A stretch of DNA of 64,000 bases from NCBI GenBank assembly GCA_951406725.2, contig OX597815.1, positions 195,796,001-195,860,000 on the forward strand, written 5' to 3'. The stretch comes from Octopus vulgaris (taxonomy: Eukaryota). Position 1 is the stretch's first letter. Each line of letters begins with the position of its first letter. Under the pieces are notes generated by a model that was not told where the DNA came from, ran no database searches, and saw nothing but the letters and a program-made list of their open reading frames with translations. Positions 1 to 11,662 of this stretch are shown here, piece after piece. Made by a program: the position numbers and the translations under genes.

Positions 1-45
1 CCCTCTGGTTTAGCCCCTTGTGGGTAGTAAATAAATAGGTATTTC
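1..45 (+). mobile_element. 3' tail of SINE family B (cut by window edge)
   Basis: tttagccccttgtgggtagtaaataaataggtatttc matches the tail of the complete B copies. Confidence 0.75.
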
Positions 46-355
46 AAGTCTCATTTTAGTAGTTTTACTAACAGTTAAAATTATTTTTGACGTAGTGAAC
101 CGCCATAACGTGATTTCTCTTGAAAACTCTTTCGTTTATTTTCTGTTTATGTTCTTGGAATATGTACAAAGTACTTTACGATATCCATTTCTTAATCACG
201 CTGATCCGATTTCGAATATCATGGTACTCATTTCAATACTTTTAGCTTCACATTAATACTTTTTTTTCCTATCGGTCCAAGATAATCTGGTATTAATCGA
301 GCCTGTAAACAAAATCATTTTAGACCCTACCATCCTAATTTACATTAGTCTTAAC

Positions 356-562
356 CAGGGGTGGGCGAACTTTTTTGATCGCGGGCCGCACAGTGCGTCT
401 TTGGAACCTTGGTGGGCCTCATTTATAAAAATCAAATGAAAATATTTTTAAAGGCGGTTATAGACCTATAAACACACAATTGATTGAAAGGAAATTTTGT
501 GAAATATTCCTCTCGGCGGGCCGCATGAAGACCTATGGCGGGCCGTAGTTTGCCCACCCCTG
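356..562. mobile_element. hAT (Charlie-like) MITE, 207 bp
   Basis: TIR CAGGGGTGGGC...GCCCACCCCTG; perfect 8-bp TSD GTCTTAAC at 348-355 and 563-570; sub-terminal GCGGGCCG motifs. Confidence 0.92.
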
Positions 563-762
563 GTCTTAACAAAGACTACATCATATGTTATTTTCTTTTC
601 TATTTCTTCTAAAAAATATAAGTTGTGATTTGAGACACAGCGGTCGGCTAGATCAAACTTCTTTAGGTACTGCATAAAAATTACCCGTTGACGATTTGAA
701 TACAAATGAGAAAACCATGAAGAAATTTCTATTAAGAAAGTTGAACAACATGAGTATTGGTT

Positions 763-960
763 TACTCTTTTAGTACTCTTTTACTTGTTTCAGTCATTTG
801 ACTGCGGCCATGCTGGAGCACCGCCTTTAATCGAGCAACTCGACCCCGGGACTTATTCTTTGGAAGCCCAGTACTTATTCTGTCGGTCTCTTTTTGCCGA
901 ACCGCTAAGTGACGGGGACACAAACACACCACCATCAGTTGTCAAGCAATGCTAGGGGGA

Positions 961-1012
<52 letters not shown>

Positions 1013-1185
1013 CATATATACAACGGGCTTCTTTCAGTTTCCGTCTACCAAATCCACTCACAAGGCTTTGGTCGGCCCGAGGCTATAGTAGAAGACACTT
1101 GCCCAAGGTGCCACGCAGTGGGACTGAACCCGGAACCTTGTGGTTGGTAAACAAGCTACTTACCACACAGCCACTCCTGCACCTA
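763..1185 (-). mobile_element. SINE family A (tRNA head, CORE-like domain, internal TA/TG microsatellite, LINE-like tail)
   Basis: A box TGGCTGTGTGG, B box GGTTCAGTCCC, CCTTGGGCAAGTG, (GTAAAAGA)n tail; >10 copies in window. Confidence 0.9.
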
Positions 1186-1314
1186 TCTGAATTCTATTAC
1201 ATTGTTTAACACGATTTTCTTCCTTGGGTAGCAACAGTTATTTCCTACTTGCTTAATCCTAGAAAATATGAAAATTTCCTAATATTTCTTTCTAAAATTG
1301 TTTTTGTTACATTT

Positions 1315-1480
1315 ATTAAAACCTCAAAGATCCTTTTCAATACATGGCTATGATGCTACCCTTCTACTCCTGCTCATGATAAGAGAGGCACATATTGTCA
1401 ACAACTTAGGGACATGCTCATGTGGTTAAGGTCAAGCAAATGACATGCAAATCTGTGGTGTTGAGCAAGATTTGTTCTAT
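1315..1480 (-). mobile_element. Degenerate fragment of the repeat also at 15440-15697 and 53393-53913
   Basis: catggctatgatgctacc...gggacatgctca...aaatctgtggtgttgagca aligns to ~53660-53830. Confidence 0.7.
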
Positions 1481-1532
1481 AACGATAGTTCTGCTGCAGC
1501 AACTCATCGCTGTATCTGTATGAAACGTAAAA

Positions 1533-2241
1533 CAGGTCAGTTTCAAAATGTTCATGTCCAGGTCACAAAAGCAAAGTTTGAAAGGAAAAAATAGTAATTT
1601 CCTTTGATTTCTTGAGAGAAGCAAATAGGAAGGAATGCTTACTGGCCGAAGACAAAAGTAAATAAATAAAGGGATATTTTCGGTTTGAACGGCAGTTTTT
1701 AACATAATTTCTAGGTAACTAAAACATGTTAAACTTCGTATACTGGTAGAATGTGTTTATAAAACATCTTTTTCCCTTGGCTTTATTGAGAAAATTCTGT
1801 AGTTTGTAAGATATTTGTTGATGTTTTTTTCAATTTCTGCAATTTCAACCAATCAATGACGTATATTGAGGTGAAAACATTCTGTGACGTATGAATATAT
1901 CCCTCGTTTAAGAAACAGATTGGGTTTATTTACATTTGTGAAGAAAAAAAGATACCCTTCCCCCCCCCCCTAACCCTAACCCTAACTAACCCTAACCCTA
2001 AAAGAGATTGAAATGCAATAGATCGATACTAGGATCATAATTATGGGTGACAATTTCATATGCACCACTAGAAAAAACTGCCGTTCAAACCGAAAAGATC
2101 CCAGATCAGTTTCAAAAAGTTCATGTCCAGGTCACAAAAGCAGTTTGAAAGGAAAAGTAGTCATTTCCTTTTATTTCTTGAGATAAGCAAATAGGGAAGA
2201 ATGCTCACTGACTGAAAACAAAACTAAATAAATAAATAAAG
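1533..2241. repeat. ~139-bp diverged direct repeats (1533-1671 and 2102-2241) flanking the MITE
   Basis: cag(g/a)tcagtttcaaaa..gttcatgtccaggtcacaaaagc...taaataaataaag on both sides. Confidence 0.88.
1672..2101 (+). mobile_element. GG-terminal MITE with telomere-like (CCCTAA)n, copy 1
   Basis: ~29-bp TIR GGAT(A/C)TTTTCGGTTTGAACGGCAGTTTTT; homologous to 3082-3484 and 5669-6090. Confidence 0.9.
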
Positions 2242-2280
2242 TTTTGTTACAGCGTTATTAATTTTCTTCATACTATTAGA

Positions 2281-2800
2281 GCGGCGAAATGGCAGGATTG
2301 TTAGTACGCCGTACAAAATGCTTAACGGCATTTTTTATGGTCTCTAAGTTCTGAAGTTCAAACAACACCGACTTTGCCTTTCATCCTTTCGGAGTCCAGC
2401 AAAACAAATACCAGTTTAGCACCCACATTCGATAAAATCGACTCGGTCCCTCATCTCAAATTTCAGGCCTTGGGCGTATATAAGAAAGAAATATTAAAGC
2501 AGTGACCTGGTAGAATCGTTCGAACGTCGGACAAAAGAATGTGTAATGGTATTTTTTCCGGTTGTTTGTGTTCTGAGTTCAAATACACTCTACTTTGATA
2601 GGTTTCGGCCATTATTGGCCCATGCCATGTCTAACTTAATAGCACCACCTGGTTAAGTTAATTTTGCATTTTATTTTTTCGAGATCGCTTATGATCATGT
2701 CCTTGATTGTCGGACAATAAAGTACAAGTGAAGCACTGGGGCCGATATAATCCACGACACCGTACTCAGCTGTTGGACTTCGTGCCAAAATCTGAAAGCA
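2281..2800 (+). mobile_element. Two old degenerate SINE-B-related copies
   Basis: tggcaggattgttag, gactttgcctttcatcctttcgg, ttctgagttcaaat motifs. Confidence 0.6.
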
Positions 2801-3081
2801 TATACTTCCAGAGATATCGGTTTGTGTAAACCAATCATTGGCAAACTACGGCCCGCGGTACATTTTAAATGGTGAACCTAAGTAACAATTAGCTTCAGTT
2901 TTCTTAACTGTGCGACGCACCTGGTGTTGAGCTGTTTTATGCGTTCCTCTTCTATAAAAACTTTGACCATGCTAGGGAACTAAAGAGTTGCATGCATTAC
3001 CATATCTAATTACGTACTTTTATGCTGTCAGATCATAGTTCTACAGAGGTTGGGTACATCTCTCTGTTTTTATTTGTCTAA

Positions 3082-3484
3082 CCAGTTTTTTTCTAGCGGT
3101 GTCATATGAAATTCTCACCTATAATTATGACCCTAGTATCAATCTATTGCATTTCAATCTGTTTTAGGGATACGGTTAGAGTTAGTGTTAGTTAGGGTTA
3201 GTTAGGGCTAGGATTAGGGTTAGGGGTGGGGGAAGGGTATCTTCTTTTCGTCAGAAATGTAAATAAACCCAATCTGTTTCTTAAACGAGGGACGTATTCA
3301 TACGGCACAGAATGCTTTTTAACTCAATAGACGTCAGTGATTGTTTGAAATTGCAGGAATTGAAGTAAAAAGCCAAGAGAAAAAGATGTTTTATAAACAC
3401 ATTCTACCAGTATACGAAGTTTAAAATTTTTTAGTTACATGAAAATTAATTTTAAAAAAGCTGCCGGTCAAACCGAAAAGATCC
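3082..3484 (-). mobile_element. GG-terminal MITE copy 2 (inverted, one TIR eroded)
   Basis: Reverse complement of the 1672-2101 body; ttagggttag repeats; ends caaaccgaaaagatcc. Confidence 0.88.
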
Positions 3485-3945
3485 AATATGTCATATTATT
3501 ATAGAGTAGTTTTACGCGATTTAGTTTCGATCATGAGATGGAACAGTCTCGCTTGAATCAGTAATCATTTAGAAGACAACTCAACGCCATAGATAACCGT
3601 TTTTTTTTTTTTTACTTCTTTTGCAACGCAACCTAGAGTCATAATTACCTTTTGCAACATGTTAGTACATACAAACTTAACAACAACAAAAAAAACTTTA
3701 GAGGTTTGGCAATATGTATGAATATTTTATTACTCTCTCATCGTTATTCATCATAATACTACCGTCTCTATTGATGTAAATATGACAAAATAGAATACAT
3801 AACTCGTTTGTTAATGTAGTTATTGGTGATAACGTGAGTGTTTTGGTAAATAATTACAGCTGTGCTGATAGCAGTGTTGATGGTTTTGGTAATATATTGT
3901 GGCAGTACTTGGAGCTATGTTTCTTTTATATTTTTTATTGTTAAT

Positions 3946-4112
3946 TAGGCGTAGGAGTGAATGTGTGGTAAGTAGCTTGCTTACCAACCACATGGTTCCG
4001 GGTTCAGTCCCACTGCGTGGTACCTTGGGCAAGTGTCTTCTACTGTAGCCTCGGGCCTACCAAAGCCTTGTGAGTGGATTTAGTAGACGGAAACTGAAAG
4101 AAGCCCGACGTA

Positions 4113-4176
<64 letters not shown>

Positions 4177-4615
4177 AAACAAGAAAGCACAAAAAACACA
4201 ACAACGCGAGGACGTGGAACAAATATAGTATTATTGGACGCTCAGGAAAGAAGGAAAGAAGGAAGGTTTAACGTTTCGAGCGGAGCTCTTCGTCGGAAAC
4301 ATAGGAGAAGCAAAGATCCAGAGAAGGGAAGACAGAGGGAAAAAATCGCCAACGGTACACACGCGGTCACATTTTGATATATGTATGTGTGTGTATATGC
4401 TTGTGCGTCTGTGTTTGTCCCTCCAATATCGCTTGACAACCGATGCTGGTGTGTTTACGTCCCCGTAACTTAGCGGTATTGCAAAAGATACCGATAGAAT
4501 AAGTACTAGGCTTACAAAGAATACGTCCTGGGGTTGATTTGCTCGATAAAAGGCGGTGCTCCAGCATGGTCGCAGTCAAATGACTGAAACAAGTAAAAGA
4601 GTAAAGAGTAAAGAG
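3946..4615 (+). mobile_element. SINE-A interrupted in its internal (TA)n by an insert at ~4172-4375
   Basis: Head 3946-4110; tail resumes at ~4376. Confidence 0.88.
4266..4300 (-). ncRNA. Minimal hammerhead-like motif (CCGACGA variant core) within the nested insert
   Basis: Minus strand: gttt-CCGACGA-a-gagc(tcc)gctc-GAAAC-GTT-aaac. Confidence 0.6.
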
Positions 4616-4916
4616 AGAGTAATTATATTGACGGTTCTGTGTAGTCTTTCAGTCAACGGTAGTTCCGTTAATCTTAATCTCATAACTATGTAAATATCTC
4701 CAAATATATGTTTGTTTACTTTGCATCAAGAATAAATAGCGTCAAAATTGTAAGTGAATGAAAACGTGTAAATTATTCTATCAAGACAGCTTTCTGAATA
4801 ATATTTTAAATATCTAACAAATATCTAAACATTAGCAAATTTAGAGGAGCAACATGTTTTTTGTTTTTGTTATTCAATTTAGGCACAATACTTGAGAAGC
4901 ATATATTCAATAAACA

Positions 4917-5399
4917 CCTATTTCTTTACTACCCACAAGGGGCTAGACTTAGAGGGGACAAACAAGGACAGACAAACGGAATAAGTCGATTATATCGACT
5001 CCAGTGCGTAACTGGTACTTATTTAATTGACTCCGAAAGGATGAAAGGCAAAGTCGACCTCGGCGTAATTTGAACTCAGAACGTAACGGCAGACGAAATA
5101 CCGCTAAGCATTTCGTCCGGCGTGCTAACGACTCTGCCAGCTCGCCGCCTTATATTCAATAAATACCTATTTCTTTATTACCCACAAGGGGCTAAACATA
5201 GAGGGGACAAACAAGGACAGACATAAGTATTAAGTCGATTACATCGACCCCAGTGCGTAACTGGTACTTATTTAATCGACCCCGAAAGGATGAAAGGCAA
5301 AGTCGACCTCGGCGGAATTTGAACTCAGAACGTAACGGCAGACGAAATACCGCTAAGCATTTCGTCCGGCGTGATAACAGCTTTGCTAGCTCGCTGCCT
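4917..5399 (-). mobile_element. Head-to-tail dimer of SINE family B
   Basis: Two full copies; tatattcaataaa(c/t)acc present before, between and after them. Confidence 0.9.
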
Positions 5400-5668
5400 T
5401 ATATTCAATAAACACCGGCTGGTTGACAGACAGCATGTAATTTGATGGAAATTTACGTGAGATTTTATAGAGATAGAAGCAAAGAACAATATGACGGTTT
5501 CTTTCTTTTTCTAGCGCTCTGGTTATTGCGTCAACCACGTTGACGCAATATGCAGAATAATGGAAATAACAACACAATATATTCTACGGTCGGACTCGAA
5601 TTTTGAACACAAGCAGATGTGATAATATATCATATGGTATTTTGCTTTCGCTCAAGAGATTTTAATTG

Positions 5669-6090
5669 GGATCTTTTCGGTTTGAACGGCAGTTTTTAAC
5701 AATTTCTAGGTAACTAAAAAATTTTAAACTTCGTATACTGTTAGAATGTGTTTATAAAACATCCTTTTCTCTTGGCTTTATTGAAAAAATTCTATAGTTT
5801 GTAACATATTTGTTATTTTTTCCTCAATTTCTGCAATTTCAACCAATCGAAGACGTCCATTGAGGTAAAAAACATTCTGTGCCGTATTAATATGTCCCTC
5901 GTTTAAGAAACACATTGGGTTTATTTACATTTGTGAAGAAAAAAAGATACCCTTCCCCCCACCCCTAATCCTAACCCTAACTAACCCTAAAACAGATTGA
6001 AATGCAATAGATGGAAATTAGGGTCATAATTATGGGTGACAATTTCATATGACGCCGCTAGAAAAAACTGTGTTCAAACCGAAAGGATCC
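5669..6090 (+). mobile_element. GG-terminal MITE copy 3 with 8-bp TSD (Merlin- or MULE-like, superfamily uncertain)
   Basis: TTTAATTG at 5661-5668 and 6091-6098; GGATC...GATCC ends. Confidence 0.9.
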
Positions 6091-6292
6091 TTTAATTGTT
6101 TATAACCGAACCAGACAACGAATGGTCTAATCATATGTCCGATGAGAAGTTCTTCAATTGACTAAATATGTGTGGTCTTGAAGACCAATGTGAGTTAGTT
6201 GATATTTAATTAGAGGTTACCTTTAAATTAAACACTTCTCAAGTAAGGTATGTAACTCCAGATTAAAAAATAATTCTTAACTTATTGTTATA

Positions 6293-6597
6293 CTAGCAGT
6301 ATCGCCCGGCGTTGCTCGGGTTTGTAAGGGAAATAACTATATAAGCATTTTTAGAGAGTTACTGCCTTTATATAAACCGAGCGAAAATGCATTAAAAATG
6401 CGGAAAAATTATGCTAATTTTTTTTTTTTTATCGTAGACTCATCGTAGACGCGCGCTAATACCCAGAAGGGCTCGATATGAATCACGACTATAAGATACT
6501 CGCTTTTGGTTAAACTGCACCGCAAAATGTGGGAGTAGTTAGGAATCTAAATCGGCGTAGACACACACACACACAACTACATTTTTATATATAAAGA
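6293..6597 (-). mobile_element. Non-autonomous Helitron
   Basis: Minus strand A|TC...CTAG|T, no TSD, GC-rich sub-terminal hairpin cccgagcaacgccggg, internal (TG)n. Confidence 0.85.
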
Positions 6598-6631
6598 TTT
6601 CGTAAATATAATAAATGATAAATCCTACAAA

Positions 6632-6695
<64 letters not shown>

Positions 6696-6865
6696 TCAAT
6701 ATCCCAGTTGTTCTAGTAGCTGTTTGGTGAGATGAGAGGTAGATTGGAAGCACGTATGTACAACCAAATGGTGAGTTTGTTATGATATTTATCAAATAGT
6801 TGGGTAGAAGAGTGTGTCCATGTGCCTGCGGTTGCTAGCTGCCTGGTTTGATGAGTATATATTTA

Positions 6866-7091
6866 GGGCGGTGAGCTGGCAGAAACGTAGCCGGGCGAAA
6901 TGCGTAGCCGTATTTCGTCTGCCGTTACGTTCTGAGTTCAAATTCCGCCGAGGTCGACTTTGCCTCTCATCCTATCGAGGTCGATAAATTAAGTACCAGT
7001 TACGCACTGGGGTCGATGCAATCGACTTAATCCGTCTGTCTATCCCTGTTTGTCCCCTCTATGTTTAGTCCCTTGTGGGTAGTAAGGAAAT
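6866..7091 (+). mobile_element. SINE family B
   Basis: TGGCAGAAACG and GAGTTCAAATTCC boxes; tatatattt TSD. Confidence 0.9.
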
Positions 7092-7595
7092 ATATATATT
7101 TGGATGGCATACATATCCAGAGGAAAAGTTTGTGTTGATACACGCTTTGGAACTATTTGGGGTGGGGAGAATAAGCTGAATGTGTATCATGGCATAGACA
7201 TATACCCTTGTATATATATTCATTTGTCCCGATACCTAACTCAAACTTTGTTGGGCTGCTTGGACGGGTGGGTGGCTAATTGGCTGGCATACTCATACAT
7301 CCATGTGATGAGTTTTTAATCCCTCCATTAGTTTTTTGTGGTAGCTTGCTATTTTTTATTTTCCTCCGCTCACTATATTTCTCAGGGTCTGTTGGCGAGT
7401 TTAGAATGTTTACGCAAAATACAGGAGATAATTACATAACTATGTAAAACCGTGTGTTACCATCTCCATCCCTCTTGTTTTTATATAAAATCCTTTTTCT
7501 TCGTTGTTAAAACCAAAATGAAATAATATTGAGAGGTAAAAAAAAATGCAAAGGCTCTCTCTTCTTCTTTGTCTCCATATATTTAACATGTTTAA

Positions 7596-7826
7596 GGCGG
7601 CGAGCTGGCAGAAATGTTAGCACGCCGGGCGGAATGCTTAGTGGTATTTCATCTGCCGTTACGTTCTGAGTTCAAATTCCGCCGAGGTCACCTTTGCTTT
7701 TCATCTTTTCGGGGTCGATAAATAAAGTACCAGTTACGCACTGGCGTCGATGTAATCGTCTTAATCCCTTTGTCTGTCCTTGTTTGTCTCCTCTGTGTTT
7801 AGCTTCTTGCGGGTAGTAAAGAAATA
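7596..7826 (+). mobile_element. SINE family B
   Basis: Full copy; 17-bp TSD atatatttaacatgttt. Confidence 0.9.
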
Positions 7827-9127
7827 TATATTTAACATGTTTGCTTATGTTAACAAACATATTTCTCCCGGCACTAGTCTATAGGTTTCTCAATAAAACA
7901 AATATAAAATAAACAAACAGACGCAACTTGTGTGTTTGCTTGCTGAAAGGCTTTATTTACTATGATTTTCCTTATACAACTATAGTGATTTCAACTCACG
8001 CTTTCAGATTTTCTTTCCTTGCAACAAAAATTCAAAATCAAAACTTTGCAATCTATTTTTTTAAAAAAATGAATCTAAAGTTAAATCATACAACACTAGA
8101 CAAAACGTTTGTACATTAGCCATACAAACTTCTCTGAAATATTCCAATGAAATCATAAACAGTAACAAGTTTATGCGTATTGGTATGAGAAAGATTGTTG
8201 ACTTCGTGGAAAGTAAATGAGATAACGAGTAGATGAGCTCTCATCTATATAGCTAATTCATCCTCACGTTACACCATGCCCTCTAACTGACGCCAGTCCT
8301 ACTCAATAGTTTCCACATGGTCTAACAAATCAAAGGAAACGAAAGTTGCGTGGACTACAAAATAATTTACGCTTATTTTAATTACAATATACAAGACAGT
8401 AGAAGATAACTCGGTGTAGACTAAGAAAATCTTCGTAAGGACTGCTCCACCCGGAGCAAGATCGTAAATTTATGATATTGTCTAACGTCCAACCATTAAA
8501 AGGAGGTATTGTCACAGCTAAGATACTTAAAAATAACTGACTAGAATTAAACAACAGCAACAACTCTGTATTTTCTATTGCAGGCACATAGAAAGATATA
8601 TCGGGATAGGTATTTTTCACTACTTCTGATATGAAGATAATTGTCAAGGCGTCATTTCAACGATAACGAATCTGATAGTAATATATTTTTAAGAGATAAG
8701 GTAACCTTGACTTAGTAGATGTCTGTCTTCGAGACTTTCTCATATGCAGACTGCCGTCACAGTGGATTGAGGGGTGTGTAGACCGATTAGTATATTTAAT
8801 GAAAGAAGTTTTTAAACTTGCATAATACCTTGCTGAGTGTATAATGATTTCTCTGACATGTTTAAACAGTAATAAGGTGATAAGTAAGAGAACAAATCCA
8901 GTGTTTTGGAGGAGGCTGTCAGTTTGAGAACCACCGAAGAAAACGATAAAATGTCTCTAAATTTACATTATTTGATGAACACTTCTTTTAACACACCGAT
9001 GTGAGACTTGGCTGCTTTTTCTAGCATTTGCGGTACTGTAAAGAGGATTATTTGCCTTATAATCACGTTTTAAATGTTACGAATATACAATTACATCGAC
9101 GAAAATGTTAAACTTACAGGTCATAGA

Positions 9128-9360
9128 AGCTTTTCACTTTGACCGGAAGATTTTTAAAATAAAATAATTTCTTTGTAACTAAACACTTTTAAACTTCGCA
9201 TACTGGTAGAATGTGTCACACAAAACATCTTTTTCTCTTGGCGTTCTTGAGAAAATTCTGTAGTTTGTAAGCTATTTCTTGTTTAATTTCTCCTATTTCG
9301 GCAATTTCAACCAATCAATGACATCTATTGAGATGAATACAATTACTGCTGTTGTTTATA
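9128..9360 (+). mobile_element. Older partial relative of the GG-terminal MITE
   Basis: taaacttcgcatactggtagaatgtgt...caatttcaaccaatcaatgac shared with ~1730-1870. Confidence 0.7.
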
Positions 9361-10747
9361 CAAGTTTATACGCAAACTCGACGTTCTCAGTATTACAGTT
9401 GTTTCTTAATATAAGAGTACAACTTGAAAAACAGAGGGAGGTAGTTATTCCATTACATCGTCCCAGTACTTGATTAGTACTTTATTTTGTCGACGTTGAA
9501 AGATTAAAAGACACATCTGACCTTTGCTGGATTCGAACACATACGTAAAATGCCAAACGAATACTGCAATATACTTCATGCAATAATTCTACCAGTCTAC
9601 TGCTAGGGATTGTGCTTAACCTAACTATGTTGTATTAATACACAGCTTCTTTAGGGTATGTGTCAAGAGGGATATCAGATATTTCAGAAATGTGGGAGGC
9701 GTTTTGAGCGATTGGATTCGCCCGTCAATTACTATTACATAAGTTATGGAAATTGTGAACGAAAATACAGAAAGTAAACACACGTGTCATTTGAAATTAA
9801 ATGTAGGTCAGTTTACTACTGTGAAGGACATAACGATCCCGCACTTTTTTGAAATATTATCAATACACTGTACGTATAGATGTTTGTTACTTCTTACATT
9901 TCACTTCTAGCCCTAACCTCCTTCTCAGTATCACTATGAAGAGAAAGCAAGAGTTAGTTATTTCAAGCTGCCAAAATCTCTTTTCAGCTTGCATAACTAT
10001 AAATAGCATTACGTATAGTATTTCTGCTTCTCGCTTCGCCAAAATATATTCTAGGTGAGCATATAAAACGTATGCAGCAATGTATATCTTTCCTGTTACT
10101 CTTATTATCATTGTTCTCGGCTGTTGATATTCTTCTTAGCTAATTGGACAGTCGTTTCACTGAGTTTAACCGACCTTGTTTCTCTAGTAAACACATGTGT
10201 ACACACTTCCAACATACCAAAATTATAGCACTCGAAATGTTTCAGAAAATTCCGTTGTGACTTATAACTAAATTTTATTTGGTTTCGTTTCGTGTCCTGT
10301 TTTTTCGCTTGTGCTTCATTATCTTGGAAATATTCTATACCATTCAGTGAAAATAGTGTCAATAAGTAGATGTATTATCATGTTAGTGAGTTGCCAACTA
10401 ACGTGCTGCACTAGGGTTACTAAATACACAATGGGTGGCGCAGAAATATTTATTTAAATTGTTGTTCTTCTCATATTGCAAAAGGCCAGCAGTAGTAATA
10501 AAATATTATTAATGAATTCATTCTCGATAACGTGAGTAAATTATATTCTAAATTCTCACAAAAACTCACAGTGTAAATAGTATCTATTACAGAACCAAAT
10601 ACAAATAGAATCGCTCTGAATCTGTTCAGCTATCGCAATGCAAAAGTAAAGGAACTTCTTAACTAATATGCCTCCAGTAAGTATTTATCACCTGTGTAAT
10701 ACTTTCTTCTAAAGGAAATTTGTCCGAGATGTTTTGCAGGTATGTGT

Positions 10748-10991
10748 ACGTATATGAACTATATATTTAGTGCTATTCTTCGTCATTGTTAGTCGAATCT
10801 GCGATAGAATTAAACTGAAAATATTTCGAAGGATCAAACGAAATAAAAATATTAGAATATTAGAATATTACGTATATGAACTATATATTTAGTGCTATTC
10901 TTCGTCATTGTTAGTCGAATCTGCGATAGAATTAAACTGAAAATATTTCGAAGGATCAAACGAAATAAAAATATTAGAATATTAGAATATT
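10748..10991. repeat. Apparently perfect 122-bp tandem duplication
   Basis: acgtatatgaactatatatttagtgc...attagaatatt starts at 10748 and again at 10870. Confidence 0.92.
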
Positions 10992-11171
10992 ACATGGAAA
11001 TTATATCCCAAATTTTGTTGCATTTAGGAATGGTCATTTTGCCAGTTTAGCCAATAAAAACACACGCACAATATATTTGGTGTTACTTTGATTCAGCGTT
11101 ATTTAATTTTTACATTAATCTTAATCTCATATATCTTAATCTTAATCTTATATATCTTAATCTTATATATC

Positions 11172-11662
11172 TGGGAAAGGTTGAAACAGCTAAGACTCTA
11201 CTCCCTGGAGAGAAGATGGGAGAAGTATGCAGTAATATATATATCTGGAAGATCCTGGAAGAAATTGTGCCAAATTTTGGCATTGTAAGCTACACCAATG
11301 CTAGAACGGGACGACACTGTATAGTACCAAAGATCCCAGCAATGCCATCACGCTTCAAGACCAGCTTCTGCAACAGCCTGGGTTTCAAGGGCCCACAGCT
11401 TTTTAATATTCTCCCAAAGAGTCTGAGGAACTTGCACAAAGTAGATGTAGCGGTTTTTAAATCAAAGCTGGACATCTTCCTGTTGAGAGTCCCAGATGAA
11501 CCTACCTCATGGCAAGAGGTGCAAATGAGAGTAGCTATATCAAACTCCATTCTTCACCAAGAGCCACATATTAGACGAGGTTCTTCGCAATAACAGTGTA
11601 GCACAAAACGGCGGTGCATCAGCATGGCCGCAGCTCGGAGCTGAAACCAGAGGAAAAAAAAA
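11172..11662 (+). mobile_element. 5'-truncated CR1/L2-group LINE 3' fragment
   Basis: WERLKQLRLYSLERR and GPQLFNILPKSLRN align to ORF 49953-50516; 3' tail plus A-run; ~34-bp flanking direct repeat. Confidence 0.9.

Noticed and set aside
949-1209. Recurrent ORFs such as ..FSFRLPNPLTR..GTEPGTMWLVSK and ..RKDERQSRPRRNLNS
   Set aside because: Antisense or off-frame translations of SINE-A and SINE-B; not a protein family
1965-2003. True telomere or chromosome fusion scar
   Set aside because: The short CCCTAA run is an internal part of a repeated MITE
8400-8930. Very decayed RT-like remnant (a similar hint at 22000-22650, minus strand)
   Set aside because: Only vague motif resemblance by eye; needs BLASTx
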